DNA of 33,308 nt from Candidatus Limnocylindrales bacterium (lineage in GTDB: Bacteria > Acidobacteriota > Terriglobia > Acidiferrales > UBA7541), in NCBI GenBank assembly GCA_035577585.1, contig DATLVJ010000201.1:1-33308 (forward strand), in the 5' to 3' direction. Below are positions 1 through 8,099 of this stretch, piece after piece (positions within the stretch are counted from its first letter, which is position 1; every line of letters begins with the position of its first letter). The notes under the pieces are model-generated. The model searched no databases and was not told the origin of the DNA. It worked only from the letters and a program-made list of their open reading frames with translations. Made by a program: the position numbers and the translations under genes.

Positions 1-334
1 GAATCGGAAGTGCATTGGATAACCCAGGTTCGCTTGGCATGGTTTTGTGCGCATTGTGCAGTGCACAAGTGTCAAAGTCAAGTAACCGATACTCAACGCC
101 GATCTGTTGCTATCCATCCGTTTCCAACTGCCAAGTTAATCGCCTTTCCCAACATGTGGATACTTCTACCCACCACGTTTACCAGGATCCATCCTACTAG
201 TTCCGGGTTGCCGACCAATCGTCTAACCAGCTATACATATTTTCAGAACTCCAGGAGCAGTTGGAGGAGCTGGCTTTGGAAGTGAAAAACTCAGAAACGG
301 CATGTTGCAAAGGCGCGGTGAAGGAGAATAGATT

Positions 335-1522
335 TTGACGGGACTGGGGTGGAACATGAGCAAGCTGACGAAGAGCATGCGGGCCAGGACCGGTAGGCGC
401 ACAGAAACCAGCAGGCCGGCAGCGACGAGGGCGCAGCAGAAAACCTTGCCGCGGAGATACTACACCGATCCGGAGAATTTCCACCGCGAAATGGAGACGT
501 TTTTCTATGGGATGTGGTTGTGCGTGGGACGGAGCGAGCAGCTTGCGAACGCGAACGACTTTTTTCTGCGGGAGGTCGCGGGAGAAAGCATCATCATCAC
601 GCGGAACGAGGGAGGGGTGGTTCAGGCGTTTTACAACGTATGCCGGCATCGCGGAACGCAACTCTGCCGCGATGCGGAAGGAACATTTGCGGGGCGGATT
701 CAGTGCCCATATCACGGCTGGACATACGGACTGGACGGGAAGCTGCTGGGCGCGCCGCATATGGATGATTGCGGATTCCGGCGCGAGGCGTATCCGCTCT
801 ATGCGGTAGGCGCGGAAGAGTGGGCGGGACACATTTTCGTAAACCTTGCAAAGCGGCCAGAACCGCTCCGAAAGCAGCTTGGGGAGCTTCCGAAAAAATT
901 TGCGGCGTGGGGAATGCAGGACCTGAGAATGCACAAGCGGATGGTCTATGACGTGAAAGCTAACTGGAAACTGATCGTGCAGAACTACAACGAATGCCTT
1001 CATTGTCCTCTGCTGCATCCGGCGCTGCATCGCATCACAGATTATCTGAGTGGAGAAAACGATCGGCCACAGGCTGGGTACATCGGCGGCTCGATGGAGT
1101 TTCGAGGCGGCGCGCAGACCATGAGCACCGATGGAGAGCGCCGGCGCGCGCATCTTCCGGGGCTGAACGAAAAACAGAGACGCGTGGTGCTGTACTACAC
1201 GGTTTATCCGAATTTGTTCTTGAGCCTGCACCCGGACTACGTAATGGCGCACACTCTGTGGCCGCAGGCGGTGGACCGGACGCAGGTGATTTGCGAATGG
1301 CACTTTCATCCGGCGGAAATGGCCAAAGAGGATTTCCAGGCGGACGACGTGGTGGAATTCTGGGACCAGACAAACCGGGAAGATTGGGCAATTTCGGAGT
1401 TGGGACAAAAAGGTGTTAGCTCGCGGGCGTACGAGCCTGGACCCTACTCGCCGCGCGAAGGCATGCCGCAAGCGTTTGACCGGATGATCGTGAGCCGCGA
1501 GAAGCAAAGCGGGCGGCGCTAG
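335..1522 (+). CDS. Rieske non-heme iron oxygenase alpha subunit (GbcA/choline monooxygenase-like)
   Basis: Rieske motifs CRHRG...CPYHGW and mononuclear-iron motif NYNECLHCPLLHP. TTG start preceded by AAGGAG (321-326); alternative ATG at 356. Confidence 0.88.
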   Translation: MTGLGWNMSKLTKSMRARTGRRTETSRPAATRAQQKTLPRRYYTDPENFHREMETFFYGMWLCVGRSEQLANANDFFLREVAGESIIITRNEGGVVQAFYNVCRHRGTQLCRDAEGTFAGRIQCPYHGWTYGLDGKLLGAPHMDDCGFRREAYPLYAVGAEEWAGHIFVNLAKRPEPLRKQLGELPKKFAAWGMQDLRMHKRMVYDVKANWKLIVQNYNECLHCPLLHPALHRITDYLSGENDRPQAGYIGGSMEFRGGAQTMSTDGERRRAHLPGLNEKQRRVVLYYTVYPNLFLSLHPDYVMAHTLWPQAVDRTQVICEWHFHPAEMAKEDFQADDVVEFWDQTNREDWAISELGQKGVSSRAYEPGPYSPREGMPQAFDRMIVSREKQSGRR

Positions 1523-1763
1523 TATCAACTGCATCGCGCTCTCACCACCGACGCAGCTGCCGGTTGGAGTTCATGCGCCATTGGCGCCCCCCAGTAAACT
1601 CCAGGCAAGTGCTGCGTTGACCTGTTGTGATCACCGCATTAGTCAGACATGTTGAGCTTCTGAGCAGCCTGTACTACTCGCGCTCACACAGGAGGTCAAG
1701 TCCCGGCCAGCTCCAATCCTATGATCTCTGAGCAGGCGCCGGCCGAATAAGGAACCTGTGATC

Positions 1764-1796
1764 CCGATGCCGCGATTCATGTCGCAGGTGCATCGG
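1764..1796 (-). terminator. stem-loop downstream of the mini-protein operon (possible terminator or stabiliser)
   Basis: CCGATGC...GCATCGG outer stem with an inner GCGA/TCGC stem, 14 nt after the 1811 stop. No clear U-tract. Confidence 0.35.
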
Positions 1797-1810
1797 CCGG
1801 ATAGGGTAGA

Positions 1811-2032
1811 TTACCGGGAAGGTCCGCAGCTTTGGACACAGGCCTGAGCTACTGCATGTGCGGCGGCTAAGCACGCACGATCTCCGTGACACGCCTTCAC
1901 CGCACTCGTAAACGTCTGTCGGCACGCATTCAAGCATTGATTCGGCGGCCCCTGCGCCGCAAGGAACGTTGCGAGCAATATCAGGCCTACTGGAATAAAC
2001 AGTATCGCAAACCTTTTTCTTGAACTGCTCAT
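1811..2032 (-). CDS. secreted Cys-rich mini-protein A (signal peptide + Cx3Cx10Cx5Cx10Cx3C)
   Basis: Perfect SD AAGGAGGT 8 nt before ATG. Basic/hydrophobic signal peptide ending in FLAA, then 6 symmetrically spaced Cys. Confidence 0.8.
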   Translation of the reverse strand: MSSSRKRFAILFIPVGLILLATFLAAQGPPNQCLNACRQTFTSAVKACHGDRACLAAAHAVAQACVQSCGPSR

Positions 2033-2116
2033 AATCGAAGACCTCCTTAAAGATTGCCAGCATCCCTTGCGGGCGCTGGGTAAGTGGACCTTTTAGCCGT
2101 ACCCGATGAGCGAGGA

Positions 2117-2323
2117 TTACAAGCAAGTCCCCGGGCAGGAAGAATTGACACACTGCGAAGTGCTTCGGTCGAAGTGACATCCTCCCGAAGGCGGAAGTAG
2201 TGGTCTGTCACCCGAGTGGTAACAGCGGCATGTACGCGAGCCCCCCAAGGCCGGGGCACCGCTGGCCACGAATGCTGCCAGGAGCGCCACGAACAAAAGT
2301 ACTTTCGGTATTCGTGTTGACAT
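2117..2323 (-). CDS. secreted Cys-rich mini-protein B (signal peptide + CxCx14Cx8Cx4Cx3C)
   Basis: SD AAGGAG 8 nt before ATG. Signal peptide MSTRIPKVLLFVALLAAFVASGAPALG and 6 Cys in the ~41-aa mature part. Confidence 0.8.
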   Translation of the reverse strand: MSTRIPKVLLFVALLAAFVASGAPALGGSRTCRCYHSGDRPLLPPSGGCHFDRSTSQCVNSSCPGTCL

Positions 2324-2385
2324 TTCTTTTTCTCCTTCCTTCTTATGATCTACGTCTTAGCGGACTTTTGGGATGGTTCGGACTC

Positions 2386-3000
2386 CTAGTCAGTGCTGCG
2401 CGTGCCAACTTCAACTCGGTCCGGCAAAGCCATCCCTTCCCGTTCGCCAAAATATGCAAACATCGAATTCCAACCTGCGCGGTCCAGACGCCCGGGCCAC
2501 ACCTTCTCCACTGTGCCGTTCGCTCCCACCAGCAGAGTGTTGGGGACTCGCGCAAGCCCGAGTTGCGCAAAAGTTTGGTAGGGCGGCTCGGCCAACGTAT
2601 CGGAGAGACGAATTCCGTGCTTCGTGCAATAGTCTCGCGTGATTTCGATGGGGTCACGGCTCACCCACAGCACGCGAACGCTTTTTTGTTCAAGTGTGCT
2701 CGCCAGCTTCATCCAGCCATCTTGATTTGCCTGACAAGCCGGGCAACCCGGAGAAAAAGTGATGATGAGGAGCTTGGAGCCTGCCGGGGGAAGGGATACT
2801 GGCTCCAGGCGGCCATCAAAGGCTATTCCCGAGAGCATCTGCAGTTGCATTCCGGCGGTGATTTGGGGAGCCAACGCTTCGTTCAGGCGACGGTTCTGAA
2901 GAAAAAGGAAAATGTTCTCGGCCAGCACCCCTGACGCAACCACCCACAGAAATATCTCCATTACTTTGCTAAATCGGGTGATTGGCTGCGTGCCTGCCAT
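2386..3000 (-). CDS. membrane-anchored thioredoxin-fold protein (TlpA/redoxin-like, CPAC)
   Basis: N-terminal hydrophobic anchor, FSPGCPACQ active-site motif, cis-Pro loop RVPNTLLV, GAGG SD. Confidence 0.8.
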   Translation of the reverse strand: MAGTQPITRFSKVMEIFLWVVASGVLAENIFLFLQNRRLNEALAPQITAGMQLQMLSGIAFDGRLEPVSLPPAGSKLLIITFSPGCPACQANQDGWMKLASTLEQKSVRVLWVSRDPIEITRDYCTKHGIRLSDTLAEPPYQTFAQLGLARVPNTLLVGANGTVEKVWPGRLDRAGWNSMFAYFGEREGMALPDRVEVGTRSTD

Positions 3001-3039
3001 GATGTTCCTCGTTTCTGGCCCCAGTTTCGGCGGGCTTCA

Positions 3040-3067
3040 GGTTTATCGGGTTTCCGAGGTAAGTCAA
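3040..3067 (-). promoter_or_regulatory. putative sigma70 promoter for the redoxin/mini-protein operon
   Basis: TTGACT-16 nt-TAAACC on the minus strand, ~40 nt upstream of the ATG at 3000. Confidence 0.4.
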
Positions 3068-3196
3068 TCGCGCGCGTCTTGTGCCTTTCTCACTTCTACC
3101 TATCGGTATAACTCCTTGAGTGGATTAGGTTAATTCGTGTGTTCTCTGGCTCGAACGACGGGGCTATACTCACGCTAGCTCTCACTGGAAGTTTTG

Positions 3197-5092
3197 ATGT
3201 CCTCCACAAAGCTGCGCTTCCGGGATTACCAGCTCGATCCTGACGGATTCGAGCTAACTCGCGCTGGCCATCGCCTCCGTCTGGAACGTAAGCCGATGGA
3301 GTTGCTGATTCTGTTGGCTGAAAACCAGGGCCACCTTCTCAAACGTGAAGAAATCGTTGAGAAAATTTGGGGCAAGGACTTCTTCTTCGATGCCGAGAAT
3401 GGAATCAATAATGCCATTCGCAAGATTCGTTCAGCGCTGAATGACAGCGCCGAACAGCCATTCTTCGTGGAGACTTCCCTTGGCAAGGGCTACAGGTTTA
3501 TCGCCCCGGTTGAACGCATTTCCGAACCGAATGTCTCGCCACCACCGGGGCTCAGCGTGCCACTCCAGAAGCCGGCTCTCTTTCGCTCATGGCACGCTTG
3601 GGCACCCGTCCTGGGACTCACGGCACTCCTTGCCGCTGCCTTTGCCTTCAACTTTGCCGGAATCCGCAACCGGATTTTTGCTACCGGCGGGCCTCCGATT
3701 CACTCGATTGCCATTCTGCCTTTGGAGAATCTTTCAGGAGACCCTAATCAGGAATATCTTGCCGACGGCATGACGGACGCTCTGATCACCGGGCTCGCGC
3801 AAGTCAGTTCCTTGCGTGTCATCTCGCGCACATCGGCAATGCACTATAAGGGTTCCCGCCAACCCTTGCCTGAAATTGCAAATGAATTGAAGGTGGACGC
3901 AGTCATTGAAGGCAGCGTGACCCGCTCGGGAAACCACTTGCGAATCACGGCGCAATTGCTGGAAGCTCGTTCGGATCGTCACTTGTGGGCGAAAACTTAT
4001 GACCGCGACATGCGCGAAATCGTCGCTCTCCAGCAGGAGGTGGCAGACAGTATTGTGATGGAGATTCAACACAAGCTGGATCCCCCGGGGGGTACCTACA
4101 CAAGCTCTAAGGCGCAAGTGAATCCAGAGGCGTACGACGACTATCTTCAAGGCCTTTACTTCTGGCACAAATTCAACGGGCCGGGCACACGAAAAGCAGC
4201 CGAATATTTTGAGGAATCCATCCGCAAAGATCCAACATTTGCCCTTGGGTATGCGGGACTCTCACATGCCTACAATGAACTGGCATATTACGAGAGGCCA
4301 TCGGAGGTGATGCCAAAGTCAAAAGTAGCGGCTGAGCAAGCTTTAAAGCTCGACGATACTCTGGCGGAGGCGCACGCCGCGCTCGGCTGGGTGCATTGGA
4401 TTTACGATTGGGACTGGCTGGGTGCGGAAAAAGAATTTAAGCGTGCTATCCAGCTTAATCCGGGCCATGAACTAAGCCACCGAATGTATGCGATGTATCT
4501 CGATTCCGCGGGCCGTTTTGACGAAGCTTTTCGTGAATTCCAGATTGCACGGCAGCTTGATCCCGTCTCCTTGGGCCTTATTCGCAACACCGGTGAGCAC
4601 TTCCGCTACTTGCGGCAATACGACAGGGCCATTGCTGAGAATCGCAAGGTACTCGAGATGGATCCTGGTTTTGAGGATGCGCTGGAAAGCTTGTCTCACG
4701 CTTACGCAAACAAAGGTATGTACGAAGAAAGTATAAAGGTGATCGAGCAATTATCGATAAGAGAGGGCGAGCAAAGTCTGGCCACAACGATGAAGACCGC
4801 CTATGCACGCGGCGGATACAAGGGCGCATTGATAAACCGCCTACAGTTCTATAAGGATCGAAGAAAGGCGGGTTCCTTTGTTGCCTTCTGGGACGAGGCC
4901 CTCCTTCAAGTGCAAATGGGGAATCAGGACTTGGCACTAGCGGCGCTCGAGAAAGCCTGCGATGAGCGCGAAGATCTGACGAATTTGAATGTTGATCCCT
5001 TCTGGGACAACCTTCGCTCCGACCCGCGATTTCAGGACCTCATTCGCCGCATTGGAATTCCGGTGAATGGGCCAGGTGTCGCCGCGCAATAG
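3197..5092 (+). CDS. CadC/OmpR-type winged-helix regulator with TM helix, TolB-N-like domain and TPR repeats
   Basis: N-terminal LRFRDYQLD...IRKIRSALND...FVETSLGKGYRF, TM near aa 135-155, SIAILPLENLSGDPNQEYLADGMTD, and a TPR region ending LRSDPRFQDLIRRIG. TATACT at 3165-3170. Confidence 0.9.
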   Translation: MSSTKLRFRDYQLDPDGFELTRAGHRLRLERKPMELLILLAENQGHLLKREEIVEKIWGKDFFFDAENGINNAIRKIRSALNDSAEQPFFVETSLGKGYRFIAPVERISEPNVSPPPGLSVPLQKPALFRSWHAWAPVLGLTALLAAAFAFNFAGIRNRIFATGGPPIHSIAILPLENLSGDPNQEYLADGMTDALITGLAQVSSLRVISRTSAMHYKGSRQPLPEIANELKVDAVIEGSVTRSGNHLRITAQLLEARSDRHLWAKTYDRDMREIVALQQEVADSIVMEIQHKLDPPGGTYTSSKAQVNPEAYDDYLQGLYFWHKFNGPGTRKAAEYFEESIRKDPTFALGYAGLSHAYNELAYYERPSEVMPKSKVAAEQALKLDDTLAEAHAALGWVHWIYDWDWLGAEKEFKRAIQLNPGHELSHRMYAMYLDSAGRFDEAFREFQIARQLDPVSLGLIRNTGEHFRYLRQYDRAIAENRKVLEMDPGFEDALESLSHAYANKGMYEESIKVIEQLSIREGEQSLATTMKTAYARGGYKGALINRLQFYKDRRKAGSFVAFWDEALLQVQMGNQDLALAALEKACDEREDLTNLNVDPFWDNLRSDPRFQDLIRRIGIPVNGPGVAAQ

Positions 5093-5242
5093 TGGTCCAC
5101 GCCTCCTCTCGGCCACGGGGAACTCGGAATTAATTCCACTTGCAGGATTAGTTCGCTCACGGGACAAGTTGATGCTGGTGCTAACACTCCCAACAATCTT
5201 GCTTGACGGGCTTTATTGGCAGTGAGACTCCGCATCTCCTTG

Positions 5243-5270
5243 TGATTGCTGATTATCGATTACTGGTTAC
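5243..5270. repeat. heptamer tract (TGATTGC/TGATTAT/CGATTAC/TGGTTAC) overlapping the rlmB stop
   Basis: Four imperfect tandem 7-mers read directly. Confidence 0.5.
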
Positions 5271-6010
5271 CGTTTTCCGTGATTGCGCTGGCGGAGGGCT
5301 TCGAAGAGGACTACGCCGGTGGCTACGCTTACGTTGAGGGATTTTACGGGGCCGGTGGTTGGCAGCGAGACCAGAAAATCGCAGCGCTTGCGGGTTAATT
5401 CGTGCAGGCCGTTGCCTTCGCCGCCCATGACGATGCCGGTAGGTGTGGTGTAGTCGATGTCGGTGTAACTCTTTTCGGCGGTTTCATCCAGGCCTACCAG
5501 CCAATAACCTGCTTCCTTCAATTCTTCCATTGCGCGAACTAGATTCACGACCTTGGCTACGGGCAGATGCGCTAACGCGCCCGCTGAGGCGCGCGCTACC
5601 GTGTCCGTTAGGCCTGCGGCGCGGCGTTCAGGGATGACGATGCCGTGGGCTCCGGCGGCTAGCGCGGTGCGGATGATGGCGCCGAGGTTGTGGGGATCTT
5701 CGACGCCGTCGAGAAGAACGATCAGGCCGATCTGGCCTTTGGATTTGTTGGCTTGGGCGAGCAGGCTTTCGAGCGTGGCCGGGGGCCGGGCGGCGGCAAT
5801 GGCTACGACGCCCTGGTGATCGCGGGAACTGGCGAGGCGATCCAGCTGGCTGCGGTCTTCGAAGCGCACAGGAATATTTTGCGCGCGGGCGAGTTGGACG
5901 ATTTCTTCGACGCGGGTGTCCTGGCGGCCCTTGGCGATAAGGATTCGGTCGAAGGCGCTGCCGGCTTCGAGGGCTTCGCGGATGGCGTGAATGCCGGTGA
6001 GACGATCCAT
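5267..6010 (-). CDS. rlmB: 23S rRNA Gm2251 2'-O-methyltransferase RlmB
   Basis: SpoU motifs LDGVEDPHNLGAIIRTA, MGGEGNGL, SLNVSVATG. Start moved to ATG 6010 (MDRLTGIHAIREAL) because the upstream in-frame extension is a repeat tract. Confidence 0.93.
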   Translation of the reverse strand: MDRLTGIHAIREALEAGSAFDRILIAKGRQDTRVEEIVQLARAQNIPVRFEDRSQLDRLASSRDHQGVVAIAAARPPATLESLLAQANKSKGQIGLIVLLDGVEDPHNLGAIIRTALAAGAHGIVIPERRAAGLTDTVARASAGALAHLPVAKVVNLVRAMEELKEAGYWLVGLDETAEKSYTDIDYTTPTGIVMGGEGNGLHELTRKRCDFLVSLPTTGPVKSLNVSVATGVVLFEALRQRNHGKR

Positions 6011-6018
6011 GAGAAGAG

Positions 6019-6102
6019 AGTTTACAGTTGAACGCTTGAAGTTGAAAGTTTTCGGAGAAGAGGCGTGATCAACCTCTAGCTTAAAACTTCTAACGATCAA
6101 CT
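6019..6102. repeat. inverted pair of heptamer arrays (5x ~AGTTGAA / 5x ~ATCAACT)
   Basis: 6019-6053: agtttac agttgaa cgcttga agttgaa agttttc. 6068-6102: atcaacc tctagct taaaact tctaacg atcaact. Confidence 0.6.
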
Positions 6103-6108
6103 TTTCGC

Positions 6109-6657
6109 TTAATCCAGCGCGGAGCAGAATTCGAGGATGCGAGTGCGGACAGATTTTACCGGGACGGCAAAAGGCAGAGCAGCGGCCTCGTCGATGAGGA
6201 GGATAACGCGATCGAGTTCTCCTTCGCCCGTGCGGCCTGCCAGGGCAAGGCGGATGGGATTGAAGAGGTCGCGGCTGCGCACGCCACAGGTTTCCTTCAA
6301 GTAGGTGGCAACTTCCTTGAAGCGCTCGGAAGTGAATGGAGCGGGTTCGAGGAGCAGCAGGGCGAGATGACGGACAACGTCGCGGGCGGCGTAACGCGAG
6401 ATGGCGGCTTGGGCGTCAGGGGATTGCAGGGTTTTGGCGGCGTCGTAGTCGAAGACAGGACGCAAGAGATTCGCGAGGGCGGCGCGGTTTTCGGCGTAGT
6501 GGCCGAGGAGTTGGGCGGCGCGGCCGGCCCAGGCAGTTTGTTCGGGCGTCGGGTCGGTGGTTAGCCAGCGGTTTTCGCGAAGAAGAGTGATGATGTCGGT
6601 TGCCGAATAGGGATTGGGATGCGGAGGATGTTCGGCGAGGTAGTCGTTGAGGGGCAT
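6109..6657 (-). CDS. stand-alone GluRS-like C-terminal anticodon-binding helical domain protein
   Basis: GVRSRDLFNPIRLALAGRTGEGELDRVILLI resembles the GltX C-terminal motif (G.K...LF.P.R.AL.G...GPEL). No HIGH/KMSKS. Sits at the gltX position after ispF. Confidence 0.7.
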   Translation of the reverse strand: MPLNDYLAEHPPHPNPYSATDIITLLRENRWLTTDPTPEQTAWAGRAAQLLGHYAENRAALANLLRPVFDYDAAKTLQSPDAQAAISRYAARDVVRHLALLLLEPAPFTSERFKEVATYLKETCGVRSRDLFNPIRLALAGRTGEGELDRVILLIDEAAALPFAVPVKSVRTRILEFCSALD

Positions 6658-6684
6658 GGGGAAAGTTTAGCGTATCAGGAGCGG

Positions 6685-6708
6685 CCCGCCTCGGAAGGCG
6701 GCTGCTAC
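6685..6708 (-). repeat. GTAG-type REP hairpin containing the ispF stop codon
   Basis: GTAGCAGCCGCCTTCCGAGGCGGG; near-identical copies at 19516, 20075 and 23726. Confidence 0.75.
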
Positions 6709-7181
6709 GCGGAGAGGGTGGCTACCACGTGGGCGGCGATAGCTTCGCCGCGGCCGACGGCGTCCACGCCTTCGTTGGTTTTTGCCTTGAGGTGAATTTT
6801 TTCGGCGGGGACGCGCAGGGATTTCGCCAAGGCCTCGCGCATCTTCGAGAAATGCGGGCCGAGCTTGGGACGCTCCAGGATCACCACGGCGTCGACATAG
6901 TCGATCACGAGATGTTTTTCATCGAGAAGTTTACGGGCATGCTCAAGGAATTGCAGGCTGTTCGCGCCTTTCCACTTGGGATCGGTGTCGGGAAAATGCG
7001 TGCCGATGTCTCCCAAACCCGCCGCGCCCAGAAGCGCGTCGCACAGTGCATGCGCGACCACGTCGCCGTCAGAATGTCCCACCGGGCCTTTGTCGAACGG
7101 GACTTCGATCCCGCCGATGATCAGCTTGCGCCCTTCGGCAAGCCGGTGCAGATCGTAGCCAATGCCGCAGCGGACGCTCAT
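6705..7181 (-). CDS. ispF: 2-C-methyl-D-erythritol 2,4-cyclodiphosphate synthase
   Basis: GIGYDLHRL, GHSDGDV, GDIGTHFPDTD, KAKTNE motifs; ATGA overlap with ispD. Confidence 0.97.
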   Translation of the reverse strand: MSVRCGIGYDLHRLAEGRKLIIGGIEVPFDKGPVGHSDGDVVAHALCDALLGAAGLGDIGTHFPDTDPKWKGANSLQFLEHARKLLDEKHLVIDYVDAVVILERPKLGPHFSKMREALAKSLRVPAEKIHLKAKTNEGVDAVGRGEAIAAHVVATLSA

Positions 7182-7894
7182 GCCTTCTTCTGCTCCAGTT
7201 GCAAAATAAACCGGGCCAGTTCCATGTCGGCAGGCTTGGTGATCTTGATGTTGCGCTCGGAACCGTGAATCACGTGCACATCGTAACCGAGGCGCTCGAC
7301 CAGGCCGGCTTCGTCGGAGGCATTGACGCCGTCCGCTTCGGCGCGAGCGAAGGCTTCTTTCAGCAGTCGCGTTTCAAAAACCTGCGGCGTCTGCGCCAGG
7401 ACGATGCGTTCGCGCGGAACGGTGTTGGTGATAAGCGCCACGTCTTCGGGAAGGCTGGCGCGTTTTACTTCTTTGACCGTGTCCATCGCGGGAATTCCGA
7501 CGATGGCGGCTTTGCAACGGCGGGCCTCTTCGATCACTCGGGCAATATGCTCGACGGAAACGAAGGGACGCACAGCGTCGTGGACCAGGACAAGTTCGAT
7601 GTCGTTTGAGACGAGTTTCAGCGCCGCGGCCACCGACTCCTGGCGGGAGTCTCCGCCCTTGATCACCCGCACCGGTTGCTTGAATTTTTCCTGCCCAAGC
7701 CGGGCTTCCAGCTTTTCAATGCCGTCCTGGCGGGTAGCCACGATAATTTGGGTCACCAGCGGGCAGGACGCGATCCGCCTGACGCTGAGAACGGCGATGG
7801 GCACTCCATCCAACTCCAGAAACTGCTTCGGCGTCTCGGCGCCCATGCGTGTTCCGAGACCGGCAGCAGGCAGAATCGCTGTAATTTGACCCAT
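7178..7894 (-). CDS. ispD: 2-C-methyl-D-erythritol 4-phosphate cytidylyltransferase
   Basis: PAAGLGTRMG..PKQF, VLVHDAVRPF, QTPQVF, NIKITKPAD. Confidence 0.97.
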   Translation of the reverse strand: MGQITAILPAAGLGTRMGAETPKQFLELDGVPIAVLSVRRIASCPLVTQIIVATRQDGIEKLEARLGQEKFKQPVRVIKGGDSRQESVAAALKLVSNDIELVLVHDAVRPFVSVEHIARVIEEARRCKAAIVGIPAMDTVKEVKRASLPEDVALITNTVPRERIVLAQTPQVFETRLLKEAFARAEADGVNASDEAGLVERLGYDVHVIHGSERNIKITKPADMELARFILQLEQKKA

Positions 7895-8099
7895 AGCGTG
7901 AAAGCAGACCGGCTGAAGCTACACCTTGCGGGCCCAAGCGCGGGATGCAGAAGGGAGAGTGTACCGCAAAGCAGGGGTGGAAGAAAAATGGCAGAGTGCC
8001 ACATGCGGGCGGTTTCAGCGGGGAACGGAAACCTTGCTATGATACGGAAACTTTCGCGCGGACCTGCATGGAACTGAAATTTTGTGGAGTGGATAGATC

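Noticed and set aside
35-50. Sigma54-like TGGCATGGTTTTGTGC upstream of the Rieske gene
   Set aside because: GG-to-GC spacing is not 10 nt, and sigma54 spacing is strict.
15-338. ORF 15-200 with in-frame continuation past TAG to 338 (readthrough or pseudogene)
   Set aside because: No recognisable domain, no SD, and no pyrrolysine context; cannot be supported.
1811-2323. Ranthipeptide/sactipeptide or lanthipeptide precursors
   Set aside because: No radical SAM or Lan enzymes nearby. Hydrophobic Sec-type leaders and even Cys counts fit disulfides better.
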